Assembly (NCBI GenBank): GCA_964487115.1
Contig: CAZAPD010000114.1
Location: forward strand, 1 to 26,950
Source: an uncultured Thermococci archaeon
Lineage (GTDB): Archaea > Methanobacteriota_B > Thermococci > Thermococcales > Thermococcaceae
Length of the DNA: 26,950 nt
Direction of reading: 5' to 3'
The notes under the pieces: generated by a model
What the model was told of the DNA's origin: nothing
The model's input: the letters and a program-made list of their open reading frames with translations, nothing else
The model's database searches: none
Made by a program: the position numbers and the translations under genes
Shown here: piece after piece, positions 17,344-26,115 of the stretch
How positions within the stretch are numbered: the stretch's first letter is position 1
Layout of the letters: each line of letters begins with the position of its first letter

Positions 17344-17459
17344 CTACACCTCCCCTTGCAATTTTTCCGGGGAACTACGGTTGTTTGGGCGTTTTTCTCT
17401 CTGCCTAATCGAATATCCACATATAATCTCAGTTTTTTTATTATCTCCTCCATATTCAT
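17340..17459 (-). CDS. Small 39-aa ORF with C-terminal CxxxC; absent from ORF track
   Basis: MNMEEIIKKLRLYVDIRLGREKNAQTTVVPRKNCKGRCR*. Preceded by GGTGTTGGTG directly after the operator; its stop codon overlaps the DUF4405 start (ATGA). Confidence 0.55.
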   Translation of the reverse strand: MNMEEIIKKLRLYVDIRLGREKNAQTTVVPRKNCKGRCR

Positions 17460-17470
17460 CACCAACACCA

Positions 17471-17521
17471 CATATGTAACTTTAATATTACATATGTATT
17501 TATCTTTAAAAAGCTTTCGGT
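17471..17521 (-). promoter_or_regulatory. Promoter with palindromic operator CATATGTAA-N8-TTACATATG (copy 2)
   Basis: Minus strand reads ACCGAAAGC-TTTTTAAA, then the same perfect inverted repeat at 17471-17496, at the same spacing from the TATA box as copy 1. Confidence 0.85.
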
Positions 17522-17591
17522 CTTCTCATATCCCAAACAATTATCCCAAACAAAATACACAAAAGAGCAGAAGCTAACCTAAAATCCAAAA

Positions 17592-19367
17592 TTAGGGGGA
17601 TACATAGTAATACTCACCAATTTCTTTCTGCTCCCTGTCCTTTACACTTCCTTCTTTATTTGCTCTTGGTCTTCCCGAATCTGGATCACGCCTGAAGGTG
17701 ATGCCTACTCCAGCTAAGAATCTGTTCATTCCTTCTCTCATTCCCGTTGGCGGAAGAGCTTTGCCATATTTGCCTGGCTTCCCCTCGAAGACCATTATCC
17801 TGTCGCTGATGTAGTCAATCATGAGAACATCATGTTCCACAACAAGAGCTGTTTTTTCTCCTTTCTCCATGAGATGTCTTATCGCCCTTGAAGCGGCCAA
17901 GCGTTGCTCGACATCAAGATATGCCGAAGGCTCATCGAGGAGATATAGATCAGCATCTCTGAGCAGGCATGCGGTTATCGCAACCCTCTGAAGCTCACCG
18001 CCACTGAGTTCATTTATTTGCTTATCATAGAGGTCCGGTATGCCGAGAGGATTGAGCAGTTCTGTCTTGTAGAAATTGCTGAGGAGTTTGGATGCATCTA
18101 TCTTACTAAGGAGATCATGTACAGTTCCTTCATAATCGGCTCTTATATATTGGGGCTTGTAGGAAACCTTAAGCTCCCAGTCCACCTCTCCTTCCGTTGG
18201 TTTTTCAACACCTGCAAGCATTTTAACGAAGGTCGTCTTACCTATGCCGTTTGGACCAACGATGCTAACAACCTCACCCATGTAGAGCACACCCGGTTCG
18301 GCTTCGAGTTTAAATCCCCCATAATCCTTAACAAGGTGTGGGTATTCGATCAGAATTTCACTTGCCTGACTCTTTCTCTCTCCGCTCTTTGTAAAGCGGA
18401 TTTCATACGGTCTGAAGCGCACATTTTCATCCTTCAGATAGCCCCTGAGGAATTCGTTGATACCATTTCTCACGCCCTTGGGCTTGGAGAATATGCCATA
18501 GGTTCCGGGTTTTCCATAGACAACGTGAATGATGTCACTCAGATAGTCAAGAACGGCCAGATCATGTTCAACTGCCAACACTGACCTTCCAGATTCTGCA
18601 AGCTTCCGGATTATCCTTGCAACATTCAACCTTTGTTTTATATCGAGGTATGATGAAGGCTCATCAAAGAAGTAGAACTGGGCATCCCTGAGGAGTGCCG
18701 CCGCTATAGTCACCAGCTGAAGTTCACCGCCGCTGAGCTGGTCTATATTCCTGTCAAGGACATTCTCAATCCCAAGCTCTCTGACAACTTCCTTAAAAGC
18801 GTTCTTCTCATCGGCTTTCTTGAGCAGATCCTTGACCTTTCCCTTAACTACCTTTGGGATCAGGTCAACATACTGGGGTTTGACCACGGGACGTATCTCG
18901 TTGTTCTTAAGCTTTTCAAAGTATGTCTGAAGCTCATTACCCCGGAACATCCTTATCACACTATCCCAGCTCTCATTATCACCACACAGGTTTGGAACAA
19001 GCTGACCGGCCAGGATTCTCACAGCGGTTGTTTTACCCGCTCCATTCGGTCCGAGTATGCCGACCACCATGCCCTCTTTGATAACAGGCAGCCGGTAGAG
19101 GACGAAGGCGTTTGTCCCATAGCGGTGCACACAGCCCTCTTCAAGCTCCTCCGGGAGGTTTACTATCGTTATAGCGTTGAAGGGACACTTATGGACGCAG
19201 ATTCCACAGCCCGTACAGCTTGCTTCCTGAATTACCGGCCGGTAGTTTTCTTCGTCAATTATTATGGCCTCTCCTCCCATCCTGTTGACAGGACATACCC
19301 TTTCACACAGGAAATGACCGCATTTATCTGGATTGCACCTGTCATAATCGATAACCGCAATTCTCAT
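17592..19367 (-). CDS. abce1: Ribosome-recycling ATPase ABCE1 (RLI)
   Basis: N-terminal 2x[4Fe-4S] domain (CNPDKCGHFLCERVCP; CTGCGICVHKCP) and two ABC domains (GPNGAGKT/GPNGIGKT, LSGGELQ, DEPS). Start is ATG 19367 or GTG 19376. Confidence 0.97.
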   Translation of the reverse strand: MRIAVIDYDRCNPDKCGHFLCERVCPVNRMGGEAIIIDEENYRPVIQEASCTGCGICVHKCPFNAITIVNLPEELEEGCVHRYGTNAFVLYRLPVIKEGMVVGILGPNGAGKTTAVRILAGQLVPNLCGDNESWDSVIRMFRGNELQTYFEKLKNNEIRPVVKPQYVDLIPKVVKGKVKDLLKKADEKNAFKEVVRELGIENVLDRNIDQLSGGELQLVTIAAALLRDAQFYFFDEPSSYLDIKQRLNVARIIRKLAESGRSVLAVEHDLAVLDYLSDIIHVVYGKPGTYGIFSKPKGVRNGINEFLRGYLKDENVRFRPYEIRFTKSGERKSQASEILIEYPHLVKDYGGFKLEAEPGVLYMGEVVSIVGPNGIGKTTFVKMLAGVEKPTEGEVDWELKVSYKPQYIRADYEGTVHDLLSKIDASKLLSNFYKTELLNPLGIPDLYDKQINELSGGELQRVAITACLLRDADLYLLDEPSAYLDVEQRLAASRAIRHLMEKGEKTALVVEHDVLMIDYISDRIMVFEGKPGKYGKALPPTGMREGMNRFLAGVGITFRRDPDSGRPRANKEGSVKDREQKEIGEYYYVSP

Positions 19368-19427
19368 TTTTCTCACCGTCTCTGATTCTGGGAGTGATTT
19401 TTAAAAGGTTGCGATTTATCTTATTCC

Positions 19428-22118
19428 ATGAGCATCTTTGAAGCACTGAAGGACATCAAAAGTGAAATTGCTCATGTGAGTGTTTTTCCGCCTAAGGAGG
19501 GAAAATATGGGGAGTTCGAATTTAACAACCCTGAGATAAATGGCCTCATCAAGGAGCTCGGCTTCAGGCTTTACTCTCATCAGGTCAAAGCACTTAAAAG
19601 TCTCTATTCCGGAAAAAACATTGTCGTGACAACTCCAACGGCAAGTGGAAAGAGTGAGATTTTTAGGCTGGCAATTTTTGATGACTACCTCTCGAACCGT
19701 CATCACACTTACCTCCTAATTTATCCGACAAGGGCTCTCATCAACAATCAGTTTGAGAAGTTCTCAGTGGAGAATCTTGCATTTTTCCGTCTCACGAAAA
19801 AATTCATAGATGCCCGGATTCTTACCGGAGACGTATCATGGGAAAAACGGCGCAGAATAATCCGAGAGAAGCCCAGCATTATCTTTACGACCCCGGACAT
19901 GCTCCATTACAACATTCTGCGTCGTTGGAGAGATTACGAATGGCTTTTGAGGAACCTGAGATTTCTCGTCGTCGATGAGCTTCACATATACAGGGGTGTT
20001 TTTGGCACAAATGCATCCTACCTCTTCAGACGGCTTTTCTTCAGACTCAGGAGATTGGGTGCTAAACCCCAAATTATAGCACTTTCTGCAACACTGAAAA
20101 CACCGAAGGAATTTGCCGAGAACTTCTTCAGAATAGAGTTTGATGTAATAAATCAGGCCACAAATCCATTCCCAAGGAGGTTTTTAGTGCTCTTTGAACC
20201 GAAGAATTTGGATGATAAACAGCTGCTTCGCATTGCAGTTGAAAAACTGACACGAAAGGGCATAAAAACTCTCGTATTCTTTGACTCACGCAGGGGAACC
20301 GAGAAGCTCATGAGGTTTCTCCTGAATTCCCCAGTCTTCTCCATAACCTCCACATATAAGGGGACACTACCCAGAAACATCAGGTGGCAGATTGAGAGGG
20401 ATTTTAAGGAAGGCAGGCTTTTAGCCCTGTTAACAACGAACGCCCTTGAGCTTGGCATAGATATCGGTGATCTCGATGCTGTGCTCAACTACGGGATTCC
20501 TCCAGATGGCCTCTTCTCCCTTATCCAGCGCTTTGGCAGGGCTGGAAGGAAAGCAGAGAGGGAAGCTTTGAATGGGATTATACTTCGTAAGAATGGGCTC
20601 GATTATTACTACAAAGAACACACAGATGAGCTTGTTGAAAAGCTGGAGAGTGGAATAATCGAATACATGCCCATGAATCTCAATAACAGGGAAGTTGCAA
20701 AGAAACACCTGCATTATCTCCTTACTGAACTTGGAATTTTGGAATGGGATGAGCTCGATGACTTTGAGAGGGGCATTATGGAAGAACTTGTTCTTGAGAG
20801 AAAGGCCTCGCTTAGGAAAAATCCTCTCACAGAAAAGCTTGAAGTGAGGGTTTTAAAGCCTTCATTCAGCTATTCCTCATTGAGAACTGCCGGCGATGAG
20901 AGCTACTATCTCATTGTTGATGAACCGTGGATAAAATCTGGCTTAATAAGCAAGTCGAGAATTTCAGAGCTTCTACGCTTCATAAACTGGCTTAAACTTA
21001 AAGGTTACATAATAGAAGAGGCCGATAAACAGGAGTACTACCGCTCCTCTCTCCCGGGTATGGTGTATTTTTCCCGCGGCGAGCTTTACATGGTAAAGGA
21101 AACTCTAAGCATCGGAAAGTTTCACTTTGTATTTGCTGAAAGAATGAACAGATTTTGGGACGTTGAAACATTTGCCAGCAAAAAAGAGGAAGTCAAAATT
21201 CTCGAAGTGAACAGGAGCAAGATTTACAAAGAAGTTGAGATTTATCTGGGCACACTGAAGGTTAGGCATTCCTACTGGGGCTATGCAATCAAGGGCAAAG
21301 ATACGTCAAAATATGTCACTGAGCTGCTTAAACTTAAGGATGCAGGCATTCTGAAGGGCGAGATATATTCGCCTTTAAGTGGGGAAAGAATTGAGACAGA
21401 GGAAGATTTCTCGATTCTAAACTGGGAGAAATTTGCAAGGGTGGAATTCGAAACGCCCTTTGAACGGGAGTTTGAAACCAAGGGTATCTGGTTTGTGTTT
21501 CCTGAGGGGATAAAAAGAGTTCCTCATGAAGAATTTCAGGAATTTTTTAGAATTGCAGTTGATAGGGGAGCTGGTGATATAGCATTCTCGCTGTATCAGA
21601 GACTCAGCAGAAGGGAACTCTTTCCTGAACTTCTTGGGTCTACGACATACCATCTGAAAAAAGCTATTGGAGATGCACTCCATATGGCAGGGATTCAGGA
21701 TGATGAGCTGGCATTTGCCGTAAAGAAGATGGTTGACAGCAAGGACGGGGTAGGCTCAGGACTTCATGCGGTGGAGCACAACATGATTAAAATAGCCCCT
21801 ATCTTCACATACGTCGATAACCGTGAGCTTGGTGGATACAGCTATGCAAACTTCTCCGGATCGCAGCACACAGGAAAACCTATTGTGTTTATCTACGATG
21901 CCAATGAAGGAGGATTTGGGCTGGCTGAAATCCTCTTCGAAAACGCTGAGAAGCTAATGGAAAAAAGCTACGAACATCTGAATAACTGCCAGTGCAAGGA
22001 TGGTTGTCCTCTGTGTGTTTATTCTCCCAAATGCGGAACCTTCAACGAATTTCTGGATAAATGGGCTGCGATAAAGATTTGGGAGCAGGTTCTGAAAGAG
22101 AAATCAGAAAAACCATAG
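19428..22118 (+). CDS. SF2 DEAD/DEAH helicase with C-terminal DUF1998 Zn-binding domain (Hrq1/SftH/MrfA-like)
   Basis: LYSHQ Q-motif, TPTASGKS, YPTRAL, DELH, SAT, TNALELGIDIG, QRFGRAGR, HAVEH, IYDANEGGFG and CQCKDGCPLC. Confidence 0.92.
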   Translation: MSIFEALKDIKSEIAHVSVFPPKEGKYGEFEFNNPEINGLIKELGFRLYSHQVKALKSLYSGKNIVVTTPTASGKSEIFRLAIFDDYLSNRHHTYLLIYPTRALINNQFEKFSVENLAFFRLTKKFIDARILTGDVSWEKRRRIIREKPSIIFTTPDMLHYNILRRWRDYEWLLRNLRFLVVDELHIYRGVFGTNASYLFRRLFFRLRRLGAKPQIIALSATLKTPKEFAENFFRIEFDVINQATNPFPRRFLVLFEPKNLDDKQLLRIAVEKLTRKGIKTLVFFDSRRGTEKLMRFLLNSPVFSITSTYKGTLPRNIRWQIERDFKEGRLLALLTTNALELGIDIGDLDAVLNYGIPPDGLFSLIQRFGRAGRKAEREALNGIILRKNGLDYYYKEHTDELVEKLESGIIEYMPMNLNNREVAKKHLHYLLTELGILEWDELDDFERGIMEELVLERKASLRKNPLTEKLEVRVLKPSFSYSSLRTAGDESYYLIVDEPWIKSGLISKSRISELLRFINWLKLKGYIIEEADKQEYYRSSLPGMVYFSRGELYMVKETLSIGKFHFVFAERMNRFWDVETFASKKEEVKILEVNRSKIYKEVEIYLGTLKVRHSYWGYAIKGKDTSKYVTELLKLKDAGILKGEIYSPLSGERIETEEDFSILNWEKFARVEFETPFEREFETKGIWFVFPEGIKRVPHEEFQEFFRIAVDRGAGDIAFSLYQRLSRRELFPELLGSTTYHLKKAIGDALHMAGIQDDELAFAVKKMVDSKDGVGSGLHAVEHNMIKIAPIFTYVDNRELGGYSYANFSGSQHTGKPIVFIYDANEGGFGLAEILFENAEKLMEKSYEHLNNCQCKDGCPLCVYSPKCGTFNEFLDKWAAIKIWEQVLKEKSEKP

Positions 22119-22255
22119 AGAGGATTATTTTGCCCCGATTTACACAACCCCATAGTTCAAAGCCCTGATGAGAACCTGTAAGAAGCCCACCAGCCTATTG
22201 TAACCCCCTGTTCAGCGATTTCTTTACAATGTGGAACAACTCCAGATCTTCATGC

Positions 22256-22702
22256 TCACCCTCTCAGTGTTGCTGTGAGCTTCTTCTCATTCAGCAGCAT
22301 GACTATGGCATCTTTAACATCCGTCACAACCACATCACTGGCCAGAAGAGCATCCAGTGTTGCCCCTTCCTTCCCAATTACGCAGAAGGCCAGCTCGGCA
22401 TTTTCGAGCATCCTGATGTCATTATTTCCATTGCCCACCGCTATATAGGGCTTATATTCCATGGCCTTTTCAAGCTTCTCGTTTCCATCTTTCACCCGTT
22501 CGATTTTAACGGGTAGACCGTTAAACTGCTCCTCAAGTGTTCCGAAGGTATCAGCACTCAGCACGACCACCTCGTAAATCTCTGCCAACCTCCCCAGAAG
22601 GTGCTTTACTTCCTCATCCACAACACCTTCCACTCCAAGGGTTCCGTTCAGGTCAAAGAGCACAGCTTTGGCCTCAATTTTTCCATAGTTTGGAATCTCC
22701 AT
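22256..22702 (-). CDS. HAD-family soluble P-type-ATPase-like phosphatase
   Basis: FDLNGTL, LSADTFG, AVGNGNNDIRML and SDVVV motifs. RBS GGTGGTGA before ATG 22702. Confidence 0.85.
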   Translation of the reverse strand: MEIPNYGKIEAKAVLFDLNGTLGVEGVVDEEVKHLLGRLAEIYEVVVLSADTFGTLEEQFNGLPVKIERVKDGNEKLEKAMEYKPYIAVGNGNNDIRMLENAELAFCVIGKEGATLDALLASDVVVTDVKDAIVMLLNEKKLTATLRG

Positions 22703-22748
22703 AGTCACCACCAGAATGGGATTTCTTTAGGGGTATATGTGCTTTTTG

Positions 22749-24806
22749 TTATTCCGATGAAAAAATCTTAGATCGCCTCATGTGATGATAATAGAAGTTT
22801 CCATCCCTGTCAACGACGATATAGTCCGGTGAGTAACCCGTAACGTAATACATGTTATAACCATCTATACGATACCAGAGCGCTCTTGCGGCTTCCAATT
22901 TGTTAAATTCATCACGTAGCCTCAGATCACCCCTCTTTGCCATGCTCAAGAGATGCTGTACATAGGCGTAGTCAAATCTAAAAGCAATATAAGGGCTAAA
23001 AAACTCGTATCCCGAGATAAATTCGTTCATCAGGTTCTTTAGAGGATAATCAGGAACCACGGAAATATTAAACCTCCTGTAAAAGTGTTTCATCGTCCAT
23101 TCCTCAGGCCGGTAGGGAAGCAAACCGAGTCTCATTATCTCAACAGTTGCAGTTGCATATTTCTTAGGCCAGTCTGATCTGAAAGGATAGTATGAGACAT
23201 TTGACGTCATGTATGGATCTTTCCCCAGAAGATACACTCCCCTATAGTTGCTACCCACCAGGAGAGGTGCCTTCCAGAGGACTATGAGTTCAATATGGTT
23301 CAGCATCTTGCTTCTGAGGGAGGCTGGAATCGGAACCGCCCATGCATTTAGGTTAAAATCCATGAAGAACCTGTTCATCAGAACCGCCTGAGTTTCAGCA
23401 TCATAGCCGCAGATCCCGGAGTGGAGTGTTCCTATTATGGGTGTGGAGTATGAATGCACATAATAATTAACAAAATAGACTACATGGAGGGGGGTTATTG
23501 AGTAAAATGGCAGGGGCTTTTTGTAGAAGGTGAAGAACTTCGTATGGGCGTCTTCATATACGAACTTCATGAAGCTACCGAGATCGATTTTACCGTAGCG
23601 TGTAAATCCAAGGTCAGGATAAAACTCCTGATATACCTGAAGGGGTTTGTATTCTGAGGCCTTAATCCACATGAATCTAATCTCCTGTTTGCTGTAAAGC
23701 CTTGCTCTCTGGAATGAATATCCAGAGTTGTTGAAGCTGATTCTGAATACTTCAGGATAGTGCAGGAACCCGAAGCTTGTGCGTGCTACATTTCCCTTTT
23801 CATCATAAACTTCTACGGAGATGTTGTATTTCTCCCATCTCCTGAATATGCGTATAAGACAGAACTTCTTTAGACGATCTGTTGTAAGGTTAAACTCGTT
23901 TTCCTCCCCGTTCAATCCGATAACAACCTTCTTAGGTGGGTTAGCATTGTCTGTTATTGTTATTTCGAACTGCATGGTTCCATTTGGGAGACTTCGAACA
24001 TCCCCTTTGAATTTAGGAGGAATTTTATCAGTTTTCTGTTCCTTCGTAAATTCACCAAATGTTCTTGCTATGTCCGTGATTTTGAAGTACCTTGAATTCA
24101 TGATAAACCAGTCATCAAATGTTGAATTTATCATGAGTTCCTCTCTGATGCTTTGGAGTCCTCGCAGGAAAACATTTATCTCCCTTGGTTCAAAGCCGTC
24201 AGTTATGTTTTGCATCTCGTCAATTGCATCTATTATTTCTGGTGGAAGGCCTGCCAGGGAATTCCTAAGTTCGCTAACGAGATATATGTACTCGTCAAGG
24301 CTCTTGACCTTGTAAATCTCTTTGGAATTTTCAATCCCGTATTTTATGTTTGAGGGTAGCTGTGAATAAAAGTTCATGAACTCATGTACTTTAATATTAA
24401 ACATTGTTACGCGTTTTGAGAATTCCTCCAGAGTATATGGGCTCTCCGCGAAGAGAAATCTAAGCATGTCATCACGTAAGAGGAGTGGGATTGTCTGGAG
24501 AGTGTTATAAACCTTGGAGCACAAATCAGCAAATTTTTCTGGATTGGTGACATTGACGTCATCGAAGAGGCTCCTTCGATATTTATAAAGTGGCATAATC
24601 CTTTTTATGATTCTCTCCTCCCTCTGGTCAATCCTGCCATCATTCAGAAATCCAAGATTTTTGGCTATAAGCATTTTATCGTTTGGGATTGCTTCCGGCG
24701 TCTCACTCTCTCTCTGCTGTTCAGCTGGAGGCCTAAATATGAAGAACAATCCAATAATGTAAATAATGAGTAGAATTAGAGCAACTTTTTTCAGATTTGT
24801 ATCCAT
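22749..24806 (-). CDS. Large membrane-anchored extracellular protein with possible Ig-like and transglutaminase-like domains
   Basis: N-terminal TM helix, helical region, beta-rich segment (FEITITD...YNISVEVYDEKGN), then GICGYDA...NHIELIV. Start likely ATG 24806; the ORF opens at 24836. Confidence 0.7.
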   Translation of the reverse strand: MDTNLKKVALILLIIYIIGLFFIFRPPAEQQRESETPEAIPNDKMLIAKNLGFLNDGRIDQREERIIKRIMPLYKYRRSLFDDVNVTNPEKFADLCSKVYNTLQTIPLLLRDDMLRFLFAESPYTLEEFSKRVTMFNIKVHEFMNFYSQLPSNIKYGIENSKEIYKVKSLDEYIYLVSELRNSLAGLPPEIIDAIDEMQNITDGFEPREINVFLRGLQSIREELMINSTFDDWFIMNSRYFKITDIARTFGEFTKEQKTDKIPPKFKGDVRSLPNGTMQFEITITDNANPPKKVVIGLNGEENEFNLTTDRLKKFCLIRIFRRWEKYNISVEVYDEKGNVARTSFGFLHYPEVFRISFNNSGYSFQRARLYSKQEIRFMWIKASEYKPLQVYQEFYPDLGFTRYGKIDLGSFMKFVYEDAHTKFFTFYKKPLPFYSITPLHVVYFVNYYVHSYSTPIIGTLHSGICGYDAETQAVLMNRFFMDFNLNAWAVPIPASLRSKMLNHIELIVLWKAPLLVGSNYRGVYLLGKDPYMTSNVSYYPFRSDWPKKYATATVEIMRLGLLPYRPEEWTMKHFYRRFNISVVPDYPLKNLMNEFISGYEFFSPYIAFRFDYAYVQHLLSMAKRGDLRLRDEFNKLEAARALWYRIDGYNMYYVTGYSPDYIVVDRDGNFYYHHMRRSKIFSSE

Positions 24807-25021
24807 TTTTCTCACTGCTATCTGGAATATACTCAAGACCCTTTATTTAATTTGTCCTACGCCGATCGAATCATGTAGAGGTACATAGCTGGAGTTTATT
24901 TTCTCTCCGGTTTTCTCTTGGATATGCTAATGAGTGACCAAGGGGTGACACTTCGGTATGCATTAAAAGTATAGATTCATATTTCGAAATTTTTAAAAAC
25001 CTCAGTACCAACTTTACTACC

Positions 25022-25834
25022 ATGAGGGTGAAGGAGATCCTGCATGATCGGGAAGTCTTAGCAAGGTTAAATGCATTCTTGATAATATATTTTGGATGGT
25101 TTATTTTTGGACTTCTGTATCCAATTCTCGGGAAGCATAGTGTTGATATAACAAGAGAGTTTCTTAAACTCCCCTTTACATCGTATGAGTTTGTGAGCAG
25201 ACTCCTCTTCCTTGTTAAAAGTCATGTTTTGGTTTATTACTTTATGAAAAGCGTGTATTTTTTAGGTTTTTCTGGTTCTATAGCTTTGACAGTTGCGTTT
25301 CTTTTACTGTATAAACGGGATATCCAAGCCTCTGATGAGCTCTTTATAAGATATCTAAAGCTGTACGTCATCTCCGGGGCTATGTACTGTATGTTCCATG
25401 TATACGCTCCTCATGTTGTTTATAATCTGCCTGTAGAATCCCCAGCAGGTACATACTTAACCCAGCAGGAGTTTGTTCTTCCATCCCTTCACAATTCAAT
25501 AGCAACAGCAAACATAGTAACACTGTGGAAATACCGGAAAAGCTGGACTGCCCGGAGTATAATAGCATTTAACATGATGATACCGATAGTAACTCTATTC
25601 CTTGGACACCATTGGATATATGACATCATTACGGGTATTATCCTCGCTTTGATTATAGCTAAGATAACCAAAGGATACAATGCTAAGTTACCTTCCAGCA
25701 TCCGTTCTATCAAAATTTCGGAATTGAGAAAAATTACCGCATTTGGCCTAATATTTGCCACCATAGTCTTGATAATAGCCTCTAAGCCATCTATCTATTC
25801 CAGCATACTCCAGAGGCTTCTGGGAAACCCCTGA
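25022..25834 (+). CDS. PAP2-superfamily (Aur1/IPC-synthase-like) integral membrane phosphatase/phosphotransferase
   Basis: Multiple TM helices; motifs YAP, LPSLH and GHHWIYD. Confidence 0.82.
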   Translation: MRVKEILHDREVLARLNAFLIIYFGWFIFGLLYPILGKHSVDITREFLKLPFTSYEFVSRLLFLVKSHVLVYYFMKSVYFLGFSGSIALTVAFLLLYKRDIQASDELFIRYLKLYVISGAMYCMFHVYAPHVVYNLPVESPAGTYLTQQEFVLPSLHNSIATANIVTLWKYRKSWTARSIIAFNMMIPIVTLFLGHHWIYDIITGIILALIIAKITKGYNAKLPSSIRSIKISELRKITAFGLIFATIVLIIASKPSIYSSILQRLLGNP

Positions 25835-25886
25835 AGAGATCAAAGAAAAGCTTATAAATGGCCTCAGGTGTTTATTTCTTGGACAC

Positions 25887-25963
25887 GCCGGGGTAGCCTA
25901 GCTCGGCAGGGCGGCGGACTCGTAATCCGCAGGTCCCGGGTTCAAATCCCGGTCCCGGCTCCA
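25887..25963 (+). tRNA. tRNA-Thr (anticodon CGT), intronless, CCA encoded
   Basis: Acceptor stem GCCGGGG/TCCCGGC, anticodon arm GCGGA-CT-CGT-AA-TCCGC (CGT at 25921-25923), T arm CCGGG-TTCAAAT-CCCGG, U73 then CCA. Promoter GAAAAGCTTATAAA at about 25846-25859. Confidence 0.96.
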
Positions 25964-26115
25964 GTTTGCCTTCTTTCTCTGAATATGAATTTTTATGTAA
26001 TTAAAATTTCGTTATCGCCAGCTTATAATTTTAATATCTTTAAGTTCGAAAAATCGAAAAGTTCTTATATCCCCGGTACGAAGAATAAACCACCATATGG
26101 TGAGGAGGGGGTGTT

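Noticed and set aside
22119..22255. CTGATGA (hammerhead core or C box) and a possible gene remnant between the helicase and HAD genes
   Set aside because: No correctly placed GAAA or helices, no proper C/D box spacing, and only short interrupted frames that I could not assign.
24840..24975. Short hydrophobic frame (YIAGVYFLSGFLLDML...) following ATG-TAG
   Set aside because: A possible pseudogene scrap, but no identifiable homology or RBS.
59..25764. Numerous antisense or alternate-frame ORFs in the track (for example 159-707, 9858-10434, 18018-18584, 23821-24315)
   Set aside because: They lie on or opposite well-supported genes, lack RBSs and show shadow-ORF composition.
25930..25963. tRNA 3' end as the att site of an integrated element
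   Set aside because: No second copy and no integrase in the window; it cannot be excluded beyond the right edge.
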